The translations under genes were made by a program, and so were the position numbers. From Acidobacteriota bacterium (GTDB lineage Bacteria > Acidobacteriota > Thermoanaerobaculia > Gp7-AA8): a stretch of DNA of 64,000 nt. Under the pieces are notes generated by a model, which saw only the letters and a program-made list of their open reading frames with translations, did no database searches and was not told where the DNA came from. Below, in pieces: positions 48,145 through 57,090 of this stretch. Positions within the stretch are counted from its first letter, which is position 1. Each line of letters opens with the position of its first letter. The stretch lies in contig JAFATB010000006.1 of the NCBI GenBank assembly GCA_019244185.1, positions 128,001-192,000 of the forward strand. The letters run 5' to 3'.

Positions 48145-50079
48145 TTGCTGCCGGATCTCTTCCGCAAGCTCAAGCCGCTCTACGGGACAGCGATCGACCT
48201 CTTATGGATCGAGTACCAGACCGCTGATGTTGAGCGCAAGCGTGAGATCGAGGAGTACCTCACGCTCCTCGGCGTGAAGAAACTCGGTCTGGCGGTTGGT
48301 GATGAGAAGCTGGTGCTCGACGCACCGCCAGCGGCTCTCATCGGCGATGGTGAGTTCACGATCGGCATGGTGAGCTACCCGAGCATCCCGCCGTATCCAT
48401 TCCGCGTTAAGCGCAATGAACTCTTGCGGCATATCTTCATCCTCGGGCCGACCGGAACAGGCAAGAGCACGCTGCTCCTGGGCCTCCTCGTGCAGATTCA
48501 AGCCGCACGAATTCCGTTCATGGTCTTCGACTTCAAACGGAACTACCGCTGCCTCCTCCGAGCAACAGGCAACGAATCACTTGCCGTGTTCACTGTTGGA
48601 CGCAACACTGCACCACTATCGATCAACGCGCTCACCCCACCACCCGGCGTGGAGTACGAAGAATGGGCCGAAGCACTCTCCGACATCATCAGCACCAGCT
48701 ATCTGCTCCTGCAAGGCGCGCGCAACGTGATGAAGGAAGCGTTGCTGCAGGCGCACGCGCAGCACGGCCGTACCGCGACACTCGTGCACGCGTACGAGCT
48801 GCTCGCGCGCGAGTTAGACGCAACGAAAAGCGGCAGCCGACGCTATGGCTGGCTCGAAAGCTCGACACGAAGCTTGGAGGAACTCACGAAGGGCAACTTT
48901 GGCCGAGCGTTAAACGCAACGAGCGGCACGCCGGTCGCGGATTTGCTCACACATCCCGTCGTCTTCGAATTGCAGGGGTTCGGCGATGACCAGAAGCGCT
49001 TCTTCTGCCTCCTGTGGCTGGAAATTATCCTGCTCCTGCGCAAGAACAGCAGCGCTCCACGTGAGCAGTTGCAGCACGTCCTCATCTTCGATGAGGGCCA
49101 CAACGTGTTTCCGCGCGAGCGCCCCGGTGAGGTGAGCGTCCCGGCGCGGCTCGCGCGCGAGGTGCGCGAGTTCGGCGAAGCGATCATCGCGGCGACGCAG
49201 CAAGCGGATGTGAGCGAATCGCTCATCGCGAACAGCGGGTTCAAACTTATCCTCCGCTGCGACTACCCCAAGGACGTCACGTTCGCCAGCCAACTCCTGC
49301 AGATCGAACCGCGCTGGCTCCCCAAGCTCCCCATCGGCACCGGCATCGCACGACTGCCCGTCCGTTTCTACAGCCCGATTCTCTTCACGTTCGGCGTGCA
49401 GGCGATTAAGAACCACACGATCACCGATGACGAGGTGCGCACGCAATGGCAACGCATGCAGCCAGCGGCGTCGGATGTTGCTGGCACTCAATCAACTGCG
49501 GCGGCGGTGAGTGAGCGGGAAGAGGCGCTCCTACGGGATGTGGCGATGATACCTATCAGTCCGATTACGCAGCGGTACAAGCGGCTGGGGTGGCACGTCG
49601 ACGCGGGAAACCGCGCGAAGGACGGCATTATCAAGCGCGGGCTGGCGCGGTTCGACGCGGTGAGCACGCCGCGCGGTCAGGTGAAGATTCTCACGCTCAC
49701 GACTGAAGGAGTCACAGCGCTCGTGGCACGCGGCGTCGTCGCGCAGCGCGCGCGCAGCGGTGGAGCAGAACACGAATTCTGGAAGCATGAGCTGCGTCAG
49801 GTCCTCGAACGCCACGGTTGGAGTGTGAACGAGGAGTTCGCGCTTGGCGGCGGCAAGACCGCCGACCTACGCGCAGAGCGAGATCATCACGTGCTCTTTG
49901 TGGAAGTAGAAACGGGGCGATCGGACATCGCGGCCAACGTCGCGAAGTACCCACCGAGTGCTGCCCTCGTGATGTTCTTCACGAGCGCGGACGTCGCGGC
50001 GCAGTACCGGCCGCTGATTGCGCTCGATCGGCCGGCGACGCGCTGCATCACGCCCGCGGACATGGACCAGCTCACCTGA
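48145..50079 (+). CDS. DUF87/HerA/VirB4-like ATPase fused to C-terminal wHTH and PD-(D/E)XK-like domain
   Basis: HIFILGPTGTGKS, FDFKRNYR, LIFDEGH, REFGE..I.ATQ; C-terminal LTLTTEG...EH.FW...ADL...VEVETG. Confidence 0.85.
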   Translation: MLPDLFRKLKPLYGTAIDLLWIEYQTADVERKREIEEYLTLLGVKKLGLAVGDEKLVLDAPPAALIGDGEFTIGMVSYPSIPPYPFRVKRNELLRHIFILGPTGTGKSTLLLGLLVQIQAARIPFMVFDFKRNYRCLLRATGNESLAVFTVGRNTAPLSINALTPPPGVEYEEWAEALSDIISTSYLLLQGARNVMKEALLQAHAQHGRTATLVHAYELLARELDATKSGSRRYGWLESSTRSLEELTKGNFGRALNATSGTPVADLLTHPVVFELQGFGDDQKRFFCLLWLEIILLLRKNSSAPREQLQHVLIFDEGHNVFPRERPGEVSVPARLAREVREFGEAIIAATQQADVSESLIANSGFKLILRCDYPKDVTFASQLLQIEPRWLPKLPIGTGIARLPVRFYSPILFTFGVQAIKNHTITDDEVRTQWQRMQPAASDVAGTQSTAAAVSEREEALLRDVAMIPISPITQRYKRLGWHVDAGNRAKDGIIKRGLARFDAVSTPRGQVKILTLTTEGVTALVARGVVAQRARSGGAEHEFWKHELRQVLERHGWSVNEEFALGGGKTADLRAERDHHVLFVEVETGRSDIAANVAKYPPSAALVMFFTSADVAAQYRPLIALDRPATRCITPADMDQLT

Positions 50080-50199
50080 ACAATTGGTGTTTCTTGCTCC
50101 GCAGAGCGTGGCGTGCGGTCATTCTGGTCTCTGACGGTGTTTCGGCTTCCCGATAAAGTGCAAGTCACGAAAAGGTGCGAAACGCCATCCGGGCGCACG

Positions 50200-50242
50200 A
50201 AAAACCATTACGAGCCGTCGTGGACTTCAAGGTACGAACAAG
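50200..50242 (+). promoter_or_regulatory. Duplicated upstream element, copy 1
   Basis: aaaaaccattacgag-N12-tcaaggtacgaacaag. Confidence 0.7.
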
Positions 50243-50327
50243 CGTGCCACGACGAAGCACACGTTCCCCCCGACGTACGGCGTCTGGAGGAACGATCGTC
50301 CAAGCGACCAGCATCCTGTCCCAAGGT

Positions 50328-50654
50328 ATGCCGCTGATCGAGACCGACGAGTGTGCCATCGTCCCCGCTGACAAGATCGGCCCTGGAGAACTCGTGTTCC
50401 GCGTCGCGGGCGACATCCCCGACGTCGGACTCGCGGATCGCGACCTCCTCATCGTCGAGCCGCGCACCAATGCCGACGCGGCGAGCGGCGAATTCGTCAT
50501 CGCCACACTCGCCAATGACGCGTTCATCGGCCGGTACTGGAAAAAGCACGGCGCACGCTCACTACTCGACGGCGCGTTCCACGTCATCGCCCAAGGCCCG
50601 GCCCTACGGGTGCTCGGCGCGGTGACGCTCATCCTCCGCGACGAAACCCACTGA
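50328..50654 (+). CDS. S24/LexA C-terminal-like protein lacking the catalytic Ser
   Basis: FRVAGD...GLADRDLLIVE...GEFVIA...RVLGAV. Confidence 0.7.
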   Translation: MPLIETDECAIVPADKIGPGELVFRVAGDIPDVGLADRDLLIVEPRTNADAASGEFVIATLANDAFIGRYWKKHGARSLLDGAFHVIAQGPALRVLGAVTLILRDETH

Positions 50655-50665
50655 AAACACGCGGC

Positions 50666-50708
50666 AAAAACCATTACGAGAAGCCCGCTTGATCAAGGTA
50701 CGAACAAG
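50666..50708 (+). promoter_or_regulatory. Duplicated upstream element, copy 2
   Basis: aaaaaccattacgag-N12-tcaaggtacgaacaag. Confidence 0.7.
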
Positions 50709-50816
50709 TGTCTTGAGAGAACCGGTCGACATCCCGTCCTGCGCAGCGCGATTCGCCAGCGAAACATCGACCTTCCTTCTCCCGAGCGCGAACACCCAGC
50801 GGAAAGGAAATGAGTG

Positions 50817-51809
50817 ATGGATGATTGCGAATACCTCGGCACGCTCGAACGCGATCCTGATGGGACGGTGCGCATCCGCCGACCGCACATCCCACCAGCA
50901 CCCGCACGCACGAAACAGCCAATTCAAATCCCGTTAAGTGTCGAGCGGCAGGTCGCACGCGGCAGCGTGTACGTGACGACGGTAATCGGGGACAGCATGC
51001 AACCCACCATCCTCGACAACGACGTAGTCATCGTCTCCACGAGCCGTTCGCCCCGGCATCGGGACATCGTCGTCATCAGAGCCAAGGGCCCGCATCCCGT
51101 CTACGGCCCCATCGACGGCTACGTATGGCGGTACGACGCGCGCACCGGCGACTTGGGGAAAGACAATCCCCACTACCGCGACCGGCAACCCGTGATGCGC
51201 GAGGAGATCATGGGTGTCGTCACGCGCATCCTTCCCCGTGCATACCGCGACGAGCAGGAAAACTACCTGCGCATCCAGCAACACCGCGCACTCTCACAAG
51301 CATGCAAGCTCACCGATCCGCCAGACCTCGGGTTCTACCGCGAGCGCGATCTGCGCGAGCTCCGCACGATCTTTCAGATACCTGAATCTGAACTCGTCAA
51401 GAGCCGGCTCCCCTGGGGACTCTTCCGCGCAACCACGATCGCCAACCATCCCCACGTCGGTATCACGACACAAGACGTCCTCACCGTCGAGCCCACAATC
51501 GAAAGCTGTATCGGACAACTCGTCGTCAAACGCAACAAGGACGGAGAAACGATCCTCGGCATCCTACAGCGCGACGGCCTGCGCTCACGCTATCCCGGCG
51601 AGTTCTTCATCGAAACCGACGAACGACGCATCAACGTCTCACGCGACGACGGCCGCTATCCCCTCTACCGCGCCATCGCCGTCATCAAACGCATCCAACG
51701 ACGCGGCGTCGTCATTCGCCTGCCGCAATGGACGATCAGCGTAACGGCGCACCCAGAGGCTCGCCCGCAGGAACCGGCAGGCGTGCGCGGCGCGGGAGGA
51801 AGACGATGA
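50817..51809 (+). CDS. S24/S26 peptidase-family protein with tandem domains
   Basis: VIGDSMQPTILDNDVVIV...DIVV...DNP...IMGVV; a second degenerate copy follows. Confidence 0.72.
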   Translation: MDDCEYLGTLERDPDGTVRIRRPHIPPAPARTKQPIQIPLSVERQVARGSVYVTTVIGDSMQPTILDNDVVIVSTSRSPRHRDIVVIRAKGPHPVYGPIDGYVWRYDARTGDLGKDNPHYRDRQPVMREEIMGVVTRILPRAYRDEQENYLRIQQHRALSQACKLTDPPDLGFYRERDLRELRTIFQIPESELVKSRLPWGLFRATTIANHPHVGITTQDVLTVEPTIESCIGQLVVKRNKDGETILGILQRDGLRSRYPGEFFIETDERRINVSRDDGRYPLYRAIAVIKRIQRRGVVIRLPQWTISVTAHPEARPQEPAGVRGAGGRR

Positions 51810-52279
51810 GCCACGAGTGCACGCGCCGCAGCCTGCTCCAACTCCTCGGCATCACGATCGGCGCAGCCGCCGTCATCCCCGCACACGCACAGCAACTCGT
51901 GGTCGAACCAAGCGGCGATGAACCGATCGAGACCGACCAACCGTTGTCCGACCCCACACGCTTGGAGCGATACATCCGGTCACACGGCATCAAGCCAGCG
52001 CATCTCGCGCGCGAATCCGGCTACTCACGACAGCACCTCCTACGCCTGCGCTTCGGTCGCATGCGCCCATCGCTCACCTGCATCGCAGCACTCGTCATCG
52101 CACTACGCCGACTCACCAACAAGCGTGTCACTCCTGAAGACCTCGTCGAACCCGACGACATTCACCTGGCGTGGCGAGAGGCGCGCGGCCAGCGCTTCGA
52201 GGAGCACGAACAAGAAGAACTGCGCGCCGCATTCGGCCGACGAACGTTACGCGCGCTCCTCAACGGAGCACGGTCATGA
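51806..52279 (+). CDS. XRE-like HTH protein with N-terminal twin-arginine-like signal
   Basis: TRRSLLQLLG...IPAHA; LARESGYSRQHLLRLRFG..P. Confidence 0.65.
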   Translation: MSHECTRRSLLQLLGITIGAAAVIPAHAQQLVVEPSGDEPIETDQPLSDPTRLERYIRSHGIKPAHLARESGYSRQHLLRLRFGRMRPSLTCIAALVIALRRLTNKRVTPEDLVEPDDIHLAWREARGQRFEEHEQEELRAAFGRRTLRALLNGARS

Positions 52280-52331
52280 CAAGCGAGCATCACCTGTCAT
52301 TCAAGCGCGGATGCGACCTCAGAGAACGAGC

Positions 52332-52799
52332 ATGAGCGCAACCGTTGACGCACTACACATTCGCGAGCTCTTCCTCGAACGCAAGCCCTCGTACCGGCTC
52401 AGCGAAGCCGGCCGACTCCTCGGCATGACGCGCAAGCAACTCGAGCGCGAAGCAAGAGCCGACCACGAAGACGCCTATCGAACCAACGGCCGCTGGCACT
52501 TCACGTGGCGACAGGTCGCATATCTCGCGTTTCGCCAGTGGTCGCTCGCCCAGATCCACGAGGCCCTCGGCTGCGACGCGGCCAGAACTCTGCCGCCACT
52601 CCTCACGCTACGCGAGATCACCGTACGTCTGCCAGAGTACCTCGTGCGCGCCATCGAACATGAAGCAGCGAGCGACGATACGACCGTCGATGACTGGCTC
52701 GTCCATGAGCTGGTGGACTTCGCAGGAACCGTGGCAAATCGCATGGAACGAACGGTCCCCGGCTTCCGCCGAGCATACTTTTTCCCCGGCAACGAGTAG
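52332..52799 (+). CDS. HTH plus ribbon-helix-helix-like DNA-binding protein
   Basis: YRLSEAGRLLGMT; ITVRLPEYLVRAIE. Confidence 0.65.
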   Translation: MSATVDALHIRELFLERKPSYRLSEAGRLLGMTRKQLEREARADHEDAYRTNGRWHFTWRQVAYLAFRQWSLAQIHEALGCDAARTLPPLLTLREITVRLPEYLVRAIEHEAASDDTTVDDWLVHELVDFAGTVANRMERTVPGFRRAYFFPGNE

Positions 52800-52912
52800 T
52801 CCGTCGTTCGGACGCACCGCATCACTCCCGCATCGCCGAAGCGGGGCCCGAAGGAACCCGCACGGTTCTTGCGCAATTCTCCGCATCAACGGAGGTGTTC
52901 TCGCAACGTTCG

Positions 52913-54259
52913 ATGATTGACACGAGCGACCCGCACCTCCACGATGCACTGCTTGACCCGGCGGCGGCACGGCTTGGAACGCTCCATTGGTACTTGACCC
53001 GTGCGGTCTCACGGCTTGATGCGCTGACGCACACAACGCTGCCAGCGCAGCCAGGTAGCGCGTTTACCGTCACCCACCTCACCAGCTTCGGTGAGCTAGT
53101 CGGACCGGACGAAGTGCAGTGGTGGGTATGGACCCGTGAGTCTGACCTTCGTGGCCTCAAGGCCCATACCGCGGCCACGTTTCCTGCTGCACAACGCCTC
53201 CAGCGCGCCGCACGTCGTTTTGAGCGATCGACCTTCACTGATTACGAATCGTTACTACGCGGCATCGCCGACTTTGCGGCGGAACATGCGGCTAATCTCG
53301 AAGAGGTTGAGCGCTATGCGGCATGGCTACACAGCCGCGACGAACTCGCGCCGAGCATGCTCTTTAGCACGGCAGAGTGGGGCACGACCCGCGTTTCCGA
53401 TCGATGGGCGGAACCAGCAGCAGGATCAATCACGGATCAGGCGACGATCAGGAATCTCACAGAGATCGCGTGGGGCGTGCGTCATCGCATTTGGGGCTAC
53501 CAAGTTGATGCGGAACGCATGGATCTCCTCGGGGAGATGGCCGATGCATACTCCGAGTACGAGGGAACGATCTCCGTTCCCGACGCCACACTTCTGCCGC
53601 GTGTGGTCCACGTTGTCCTCCAAGAGCTCTCAGAGTATTTTGAGTTTCTTCGCAACTCCTTTCGCAACATCGCCAACGCCGTCGACCAACGGCTGGCGAG
53701 CCACAACCTAGTGTTCAACGAGACCTTCTGGCGGGACTTCATCGCGAAGGCGCGCTACACGGGAAGAACAGAGACGCAAACGTGGGACTTCAAGCAGCAA
53801 CTCGCGTTCTGGACTGCTCCGAGGGCCGACCGTGAAGAGGCGAAGCTGAAGTTCTGTGAGCTGGTCGCTGGTTTTGCGAACGCGGACGGCGGCGCATTCA
53901 TTGTGGGTATCCGAGATGCTGATCGTGTGGTGGTTGGCGTGAGTGACTTGGAGAATCGGGTCAAGTACACGCGTCAGGTGCTCGACGACTGTTTCGGACC
54001 GAGCGCAACGTTTGTGACACTGCAGCAGATCGTTGTACCCGACGATACTGGCACCGACCAGACGTGCCTAGCAGTGGTTATCGCGCAGACGCATGACGCA
54101 AAGAGCTTCACCGACGCCAACGGCACGTGGTACCCGCTGCGCCAGGAAGCTGGACTGGTTCGCGTCGATGAAATGCGTATCCGGGAGGCGCGCGGGTTGG
54201 GTCGAATAACGAATTTCGACTTTCTGCAGCAGCTCCATCGCTGGGCTATCGACGCTTAA
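52913..54259 (+). CDS. Protein with C-terminal Schlafen/AlbA_2 domain
   Basis: ETQTWDFK, VAGFANADGGAFIVGIRD, YPLR. Confidence 0.8.
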   Translation: MIDTSDPHLHDALLDPAAARLGTLHWYLTRAVSRLDALTHTTLPAQPGSAFTVTHLTSFGELVGPDEVQWWVWTRESDLRGLKAHTAATFPAAQRLQRAARRFERSTFTDYESLLRGIADFAAEHAANLEEVERYAAWLHSRDELAPSMLFSTAEWGTTRVSDRWAEPAAGSITDQATIRNLTEIAWGVRHRIWGYQVDAERMDLLGEMADAYSEYEGTISVPDATLLPRVVHVVLQELSEYFEFLRNSFRNIANAVDQRLASHNLVFNETFWRDFIAKARYTGRTETQTWDFKQQLAFWTAPRADREEAKLKFCELVAGFANADGGAFIVGIRDADRVVVGVSDLENRVKYTRQVLDDCFGPSATFVTLQQIVVPDDTGTDQTCLAVVIAQTHDAKSFTDANGTWYPLRQEAGLVRVDEMRIREARGLGRITNFDFLQQLHRWAIDA

Positions 54260-54311
54260 TCAGGCCGCCAGCGTTAAGCGGCTTTAGGACGCGATGTGTG
54301 CCGAAAGAGCC

Positions 54312-54650
54312 TCATGCGCACCAGAGCAACTCACCCTTCTTCACGAAGAAGTGCGCGCCGCAGCTGTCGGTCTCCCAGATTGATGGCGCGAGTGTTGGCC
54401 GGCGCAGATAGTCAACGTTGACGGACCACCGCTCTTTCCCTGCGAGCGGTAGCTGGATGTGATCTCCGCACTTGGGGCATGCGAGATGTGCCCACTTCAG
54501 GTATCCGTCTCGGATCTCTAGGACAATGGCATTCTCACGAAGCTCTTCCGTCGCGGGCGTTTCAGCCGCGGTCTGCATGAGATAGCGCGGTCGCCGCATG
54601 AATGGGAGGCGAAAAATGAGTTCGACGATAGTGAGAGGGAGGCGTTGCAT
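54312..54650 (-). CDS. DUF6527-family zinc-binding protein
   Basis: CPKCG, PTLAPSIW, CGAHFFV; TAATG overlap with the E1 gene. Confidence 0.78.
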   Translation of the reverse strand: MQRLPLTIVELIFRLPFMRRPRYLMQTAAETPATEELRENAIVLEIRDGYLKWAHLACPKCGDHIQLPLAGKERWSVNVDYLRRPTLAPSIWETDSCGAHFFVKKGELLWCA

Positions 54651-56056
54651 TAGCTTTGGTTGAGGAATGGCGTCATGTCGCCGCGGCCGTCGAATTTTCG
54701 CGCGCCGCAGAGCGGGCAGTCCGGATTGCGTTTGCCCCCTGGGATGGTATCTGCGTCCTTGGTCCAGTCGAAGCGGCGCACACGCTCGGCGCAGTGTCCA
54801 TCAGGTCCTCGAAAGCCAGTCAGGCGGTGCAGTAGTTCATTTACTGCGACTGCAGCGATTTCGGTGGTGAAGGTGACAACGACTGGACTCGGATCCGTCC
54901 CGCCTTGGATATATCCGGCGCGGCGGTAGTCTTCATAAAGCTGTGCATCGTTTCGCTGCATGCTCTCTTCAAGCATCCGTTGCGAACTAATGAGCTGACG
55001 ACAGCTCTGGCAAGGGTAGCCTGGTTGTACGACGGTGACGCGCCCGTCGAAGGTGTCGTAGCCGCCTTCCGGTCTAGGGTCTATGAGGACGCCGAGGTCA
55101 ATCACCGGAATTAGGTAGAAGTGCGCCAACCGGTTGAGGAGATTGCGACCTAAGTGGTCATCGGTGCAACCGAAGATAACGTCACACGCACGCAACGCAT
55201 CACGGCATTGCGGCGCATCAGCGAAGTGCTTGATCTTCACGACCGATCTTGCCAGACCGATCTCTGCGATCGCGTCACCAACGACATCGACCTTGTACCG
55301 TCTTGCGATGGCGTCTGCACGCGTAGAAAAATGCAAGCGGTTCAGATTCGTTTCGTCTACGCGGTCGGCATCAACAAGCAAGAACCGCGACACGCCGAGA
55401 CGCGTGAGCAGGCTCGCAACGGCTGAACCAGTGCCGCCACAACCGACAATCCCGACGCGGAGCTGCGCCAGATCCTCGACCGTGCGCGCACCGAACACTC
55501 GTGCCTGCCGATCAAACTCGGCCGGCGGAGTGCCCTTCCCACGTTCCGGATAGCGAATCCCGAAACGCTTGCCGACGACTCTCAGCATCTCCACCTGATG
55601 AGCCGCAAGTCGTGAGTCATATGCGCGAACGATGAATTCGCCTTCGTTGTCCATGACCAGCGCAAAGTGTGGCCGTTCGGTGTCCATGCGCCCGAAGACG
55701 ATCTCGAAGGATTCTTTGTCGGCAACGTCGTCATGCTTGGAAAAGAACAATCCGCCGCTCGGATGCGAATGCGCGACGCAAATCGCGTAGTCCTTCGGCA
55801 TCGCTACCTTCGCGAGGTTAAACAGCGGCGTCGTGGACCACGTCAGCGATGTCGGCGTTCTCGCGATGAACGACGCCTCCGGAACTTCGATCACTTGCCG
55901 AACGAGCGCTCGCTCTTCCCACACACCGGTCCACGGATCGACGTGTCGCGAGCGGCCGCATAACAGGAGCGCGCCGCACTCCTTGTCATCACGCAGGAGC
56001 AATCGACGGAGCTGCTGGTAGTGCTCCTCCAGGATCGTGAAGGTGTAGCGGGTCAT
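54650..56056 (-). CDS. JAB/MPN peptidase fused to ThiF/E1 activating enzyme
   Basis: E...AHSHP...FFS..D; GCGGTG, DADRVDETNLNR, CTDD, CQSC, CPLC; ATG 56056. Confidence 0.9.
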   Translation of the reverse strand: MTRYTFTILEEHYQQLRRLLLRDDKECGALLLCGRSRHVDPWTGVWEERALVRQVIEVPEASFIARTPTSLTWSTTPLFNLAKVAMPKDYAICVAHSHPSGGLFFSKHDDVADKESFEIVFGRMDTERPHFALVMDNEGEFIVRAYDSRLAAHQVEMLRVVGKRFGIRYPERGKGTPPAEFDRQARVFGARTVEDLAQLRVGIVGCGGTGSAVASLLTRLGVSRFLLVDADRVDETNLNRLHFSTRADAIARRYKVDVVGDAIAEIGLARSVVKIKHFADAPQCRDALRACDVIFGCTDDHLGRNLLNRLAHFYLIPVIDLGVLIDPRPEGGYDTFDGRVTVVQPGYPCQSCRQLISSQRMLEESMQRNDAQLYEDYRRAGYIQGGTDPSPVVVTFTTEIAAVAVNELLHRLTGFRGPDGHCAERVRRFDWTKDADTIPGGKRNPDCPLCGARKFDGRGDMTPFLNQS

Positions 56057-56472
56057 CAGGCACCTCGCAACTCGCCGCGGACATAGCTGAGGTACGTGCG
56101 AAGACCGTCGACTCCTACGCGCCAGTCGTTGGCGTCGAGGTGACGTGACCAGAATTGCCACGCTTTCCCAAAAAGAGTCTGCGTGACGGTTGCATTTTGT
56201 GGATCGCTGCCGTCCGGACGCTTGAGATGCAGTGAGGTGTAAAAGCTATCGAGCTTGGTCGTCGCGTAGCCGTCAGGTATCAGGACCAGGACATCGCAGG
56301 TCTCCGGCACCGCGAGGCTGCCGTTCTGCTGCATGCGGAGATTGCCGGTCAAGGCAAAGCCCGTGAAGAGCACACCGCGCCGTTTCGCGTTGCCGTCGTC
56401 CTCAGTCAGCAACTCGTGAGGTATCCCGTTGCTGTCGAGAAACTCCTGATCCTCTTCCGGAAGAAAAGTCAT
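56056..56472 (-). CDS. Prokaryotic E2/UBC-like protein (Prok-E2_E type)
   Basis: LPEEDQEFL, IPDGY...D.FY, WQFWSRH; coupled to the Ubl and E1 genes. Confidence 0.85.
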   Translation of the reverse strand: MTFLPEEDQEFLDSNGIPHELLTEDDGNAKRRGVLFTGFALTGNLRMQQNGSLAVPETCDVLVLIPDGYATTKLDSFYTSLHLKRPDGSDPQNATVTQTLFGKAWQFWSRHLDANDWRVGVDGLRTYLSYVRGELRGA

Positions 56473-56723
56473 GATCCCGGGTTCGTCTTCGGCTTACGCG
56501 TCTGAAACCGCTTCACGCCGTGAGGCTCCGCTTGGAGATCGAGGTCGACCCGCTGTGCAGCACCAATCTCCGGGTCCTCGCCGCTCCCCGGTACGAGCTG
56601 ATTGACCACCCAATCAGCCGGGCTGCCGGCGAGCTCCAGAATCTGAGCGCCGGTGATGAACTGATCGGCCCAATTCTTCTGGTCCTTGTTCACGATGAGT
56701 TTGAAGTCCTTGTTGTGTTCCAT
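56469..56723 (-). CDS. Ubiquitin-like (multiubiquitin-domain) protein
   Basis: FKLIVN...ITGAQILELAG...VDL...GVKRFQT...NPGS. Confidence 0.85.
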   Translation of the reverse strand: MEHNKDFKLIVNKDQKNWADQFITGAQILELAGSPADWVVNQLVPGSGEDPEIGAAQRVDLDLQAEPHGVKRFQTRKPKTNPGS

Positions 56724-56753
56724 CTAGTGCTCCTCCGCGTCTTGCTGGACGAG

Positions 56754-56957
56754 TTACTTCCGTCGGTTGTAGGGCGACTGGTTCGTTGGCTTGAGCGATG
56801 TTCTCTGGCGTGACGCCTGCGACTGCACGGCCTCCGGTGTGCGCCCGAGCTTTAGGCCGATCACGCGTGTGGGCGTGTTGCCGCGCGCGAGGTCACGTAG
56901 CTGCTGCTTGGCTGCTGGCGTCCACGCCTTGCCGGTGTTACGTGTGCTCTTCGACAT
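56754..56957 (-). CDS. Small basic HTH protein
   Basis: WT.....L..LA..NTPTRVIGLKLGRT..AV. Confidence 0.8.
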   Translation of the reverse strand: MSKSTRNTGKAWTPAAKQQLRDLARGNTPTRVIGLKLGRTPEAVQSQASRQRTSLKPTNQSPYNRRK

Positions 56958-57090
56958 GGAGTTCCCTTCGTCTTCAGCGATGTTCTTCCGCGGATCGTCC
57001 GTGCCACATTTTCAGGCTCTCCGCCTTCTTCAGTGTAGGTAATGTATGAGAGAGGCAGCTTATTCCCGAGTTTAAAAATCATGCGATCGA

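Noticed and set aside
54650-56723. CBASS or thiamine/molybdopterin biosynthesis
   Set aside because: No CD-NTase or cofactor pathway genes; Ubl + E2 + JAB-E1 + DUF6527 fits Bub-type operons better.
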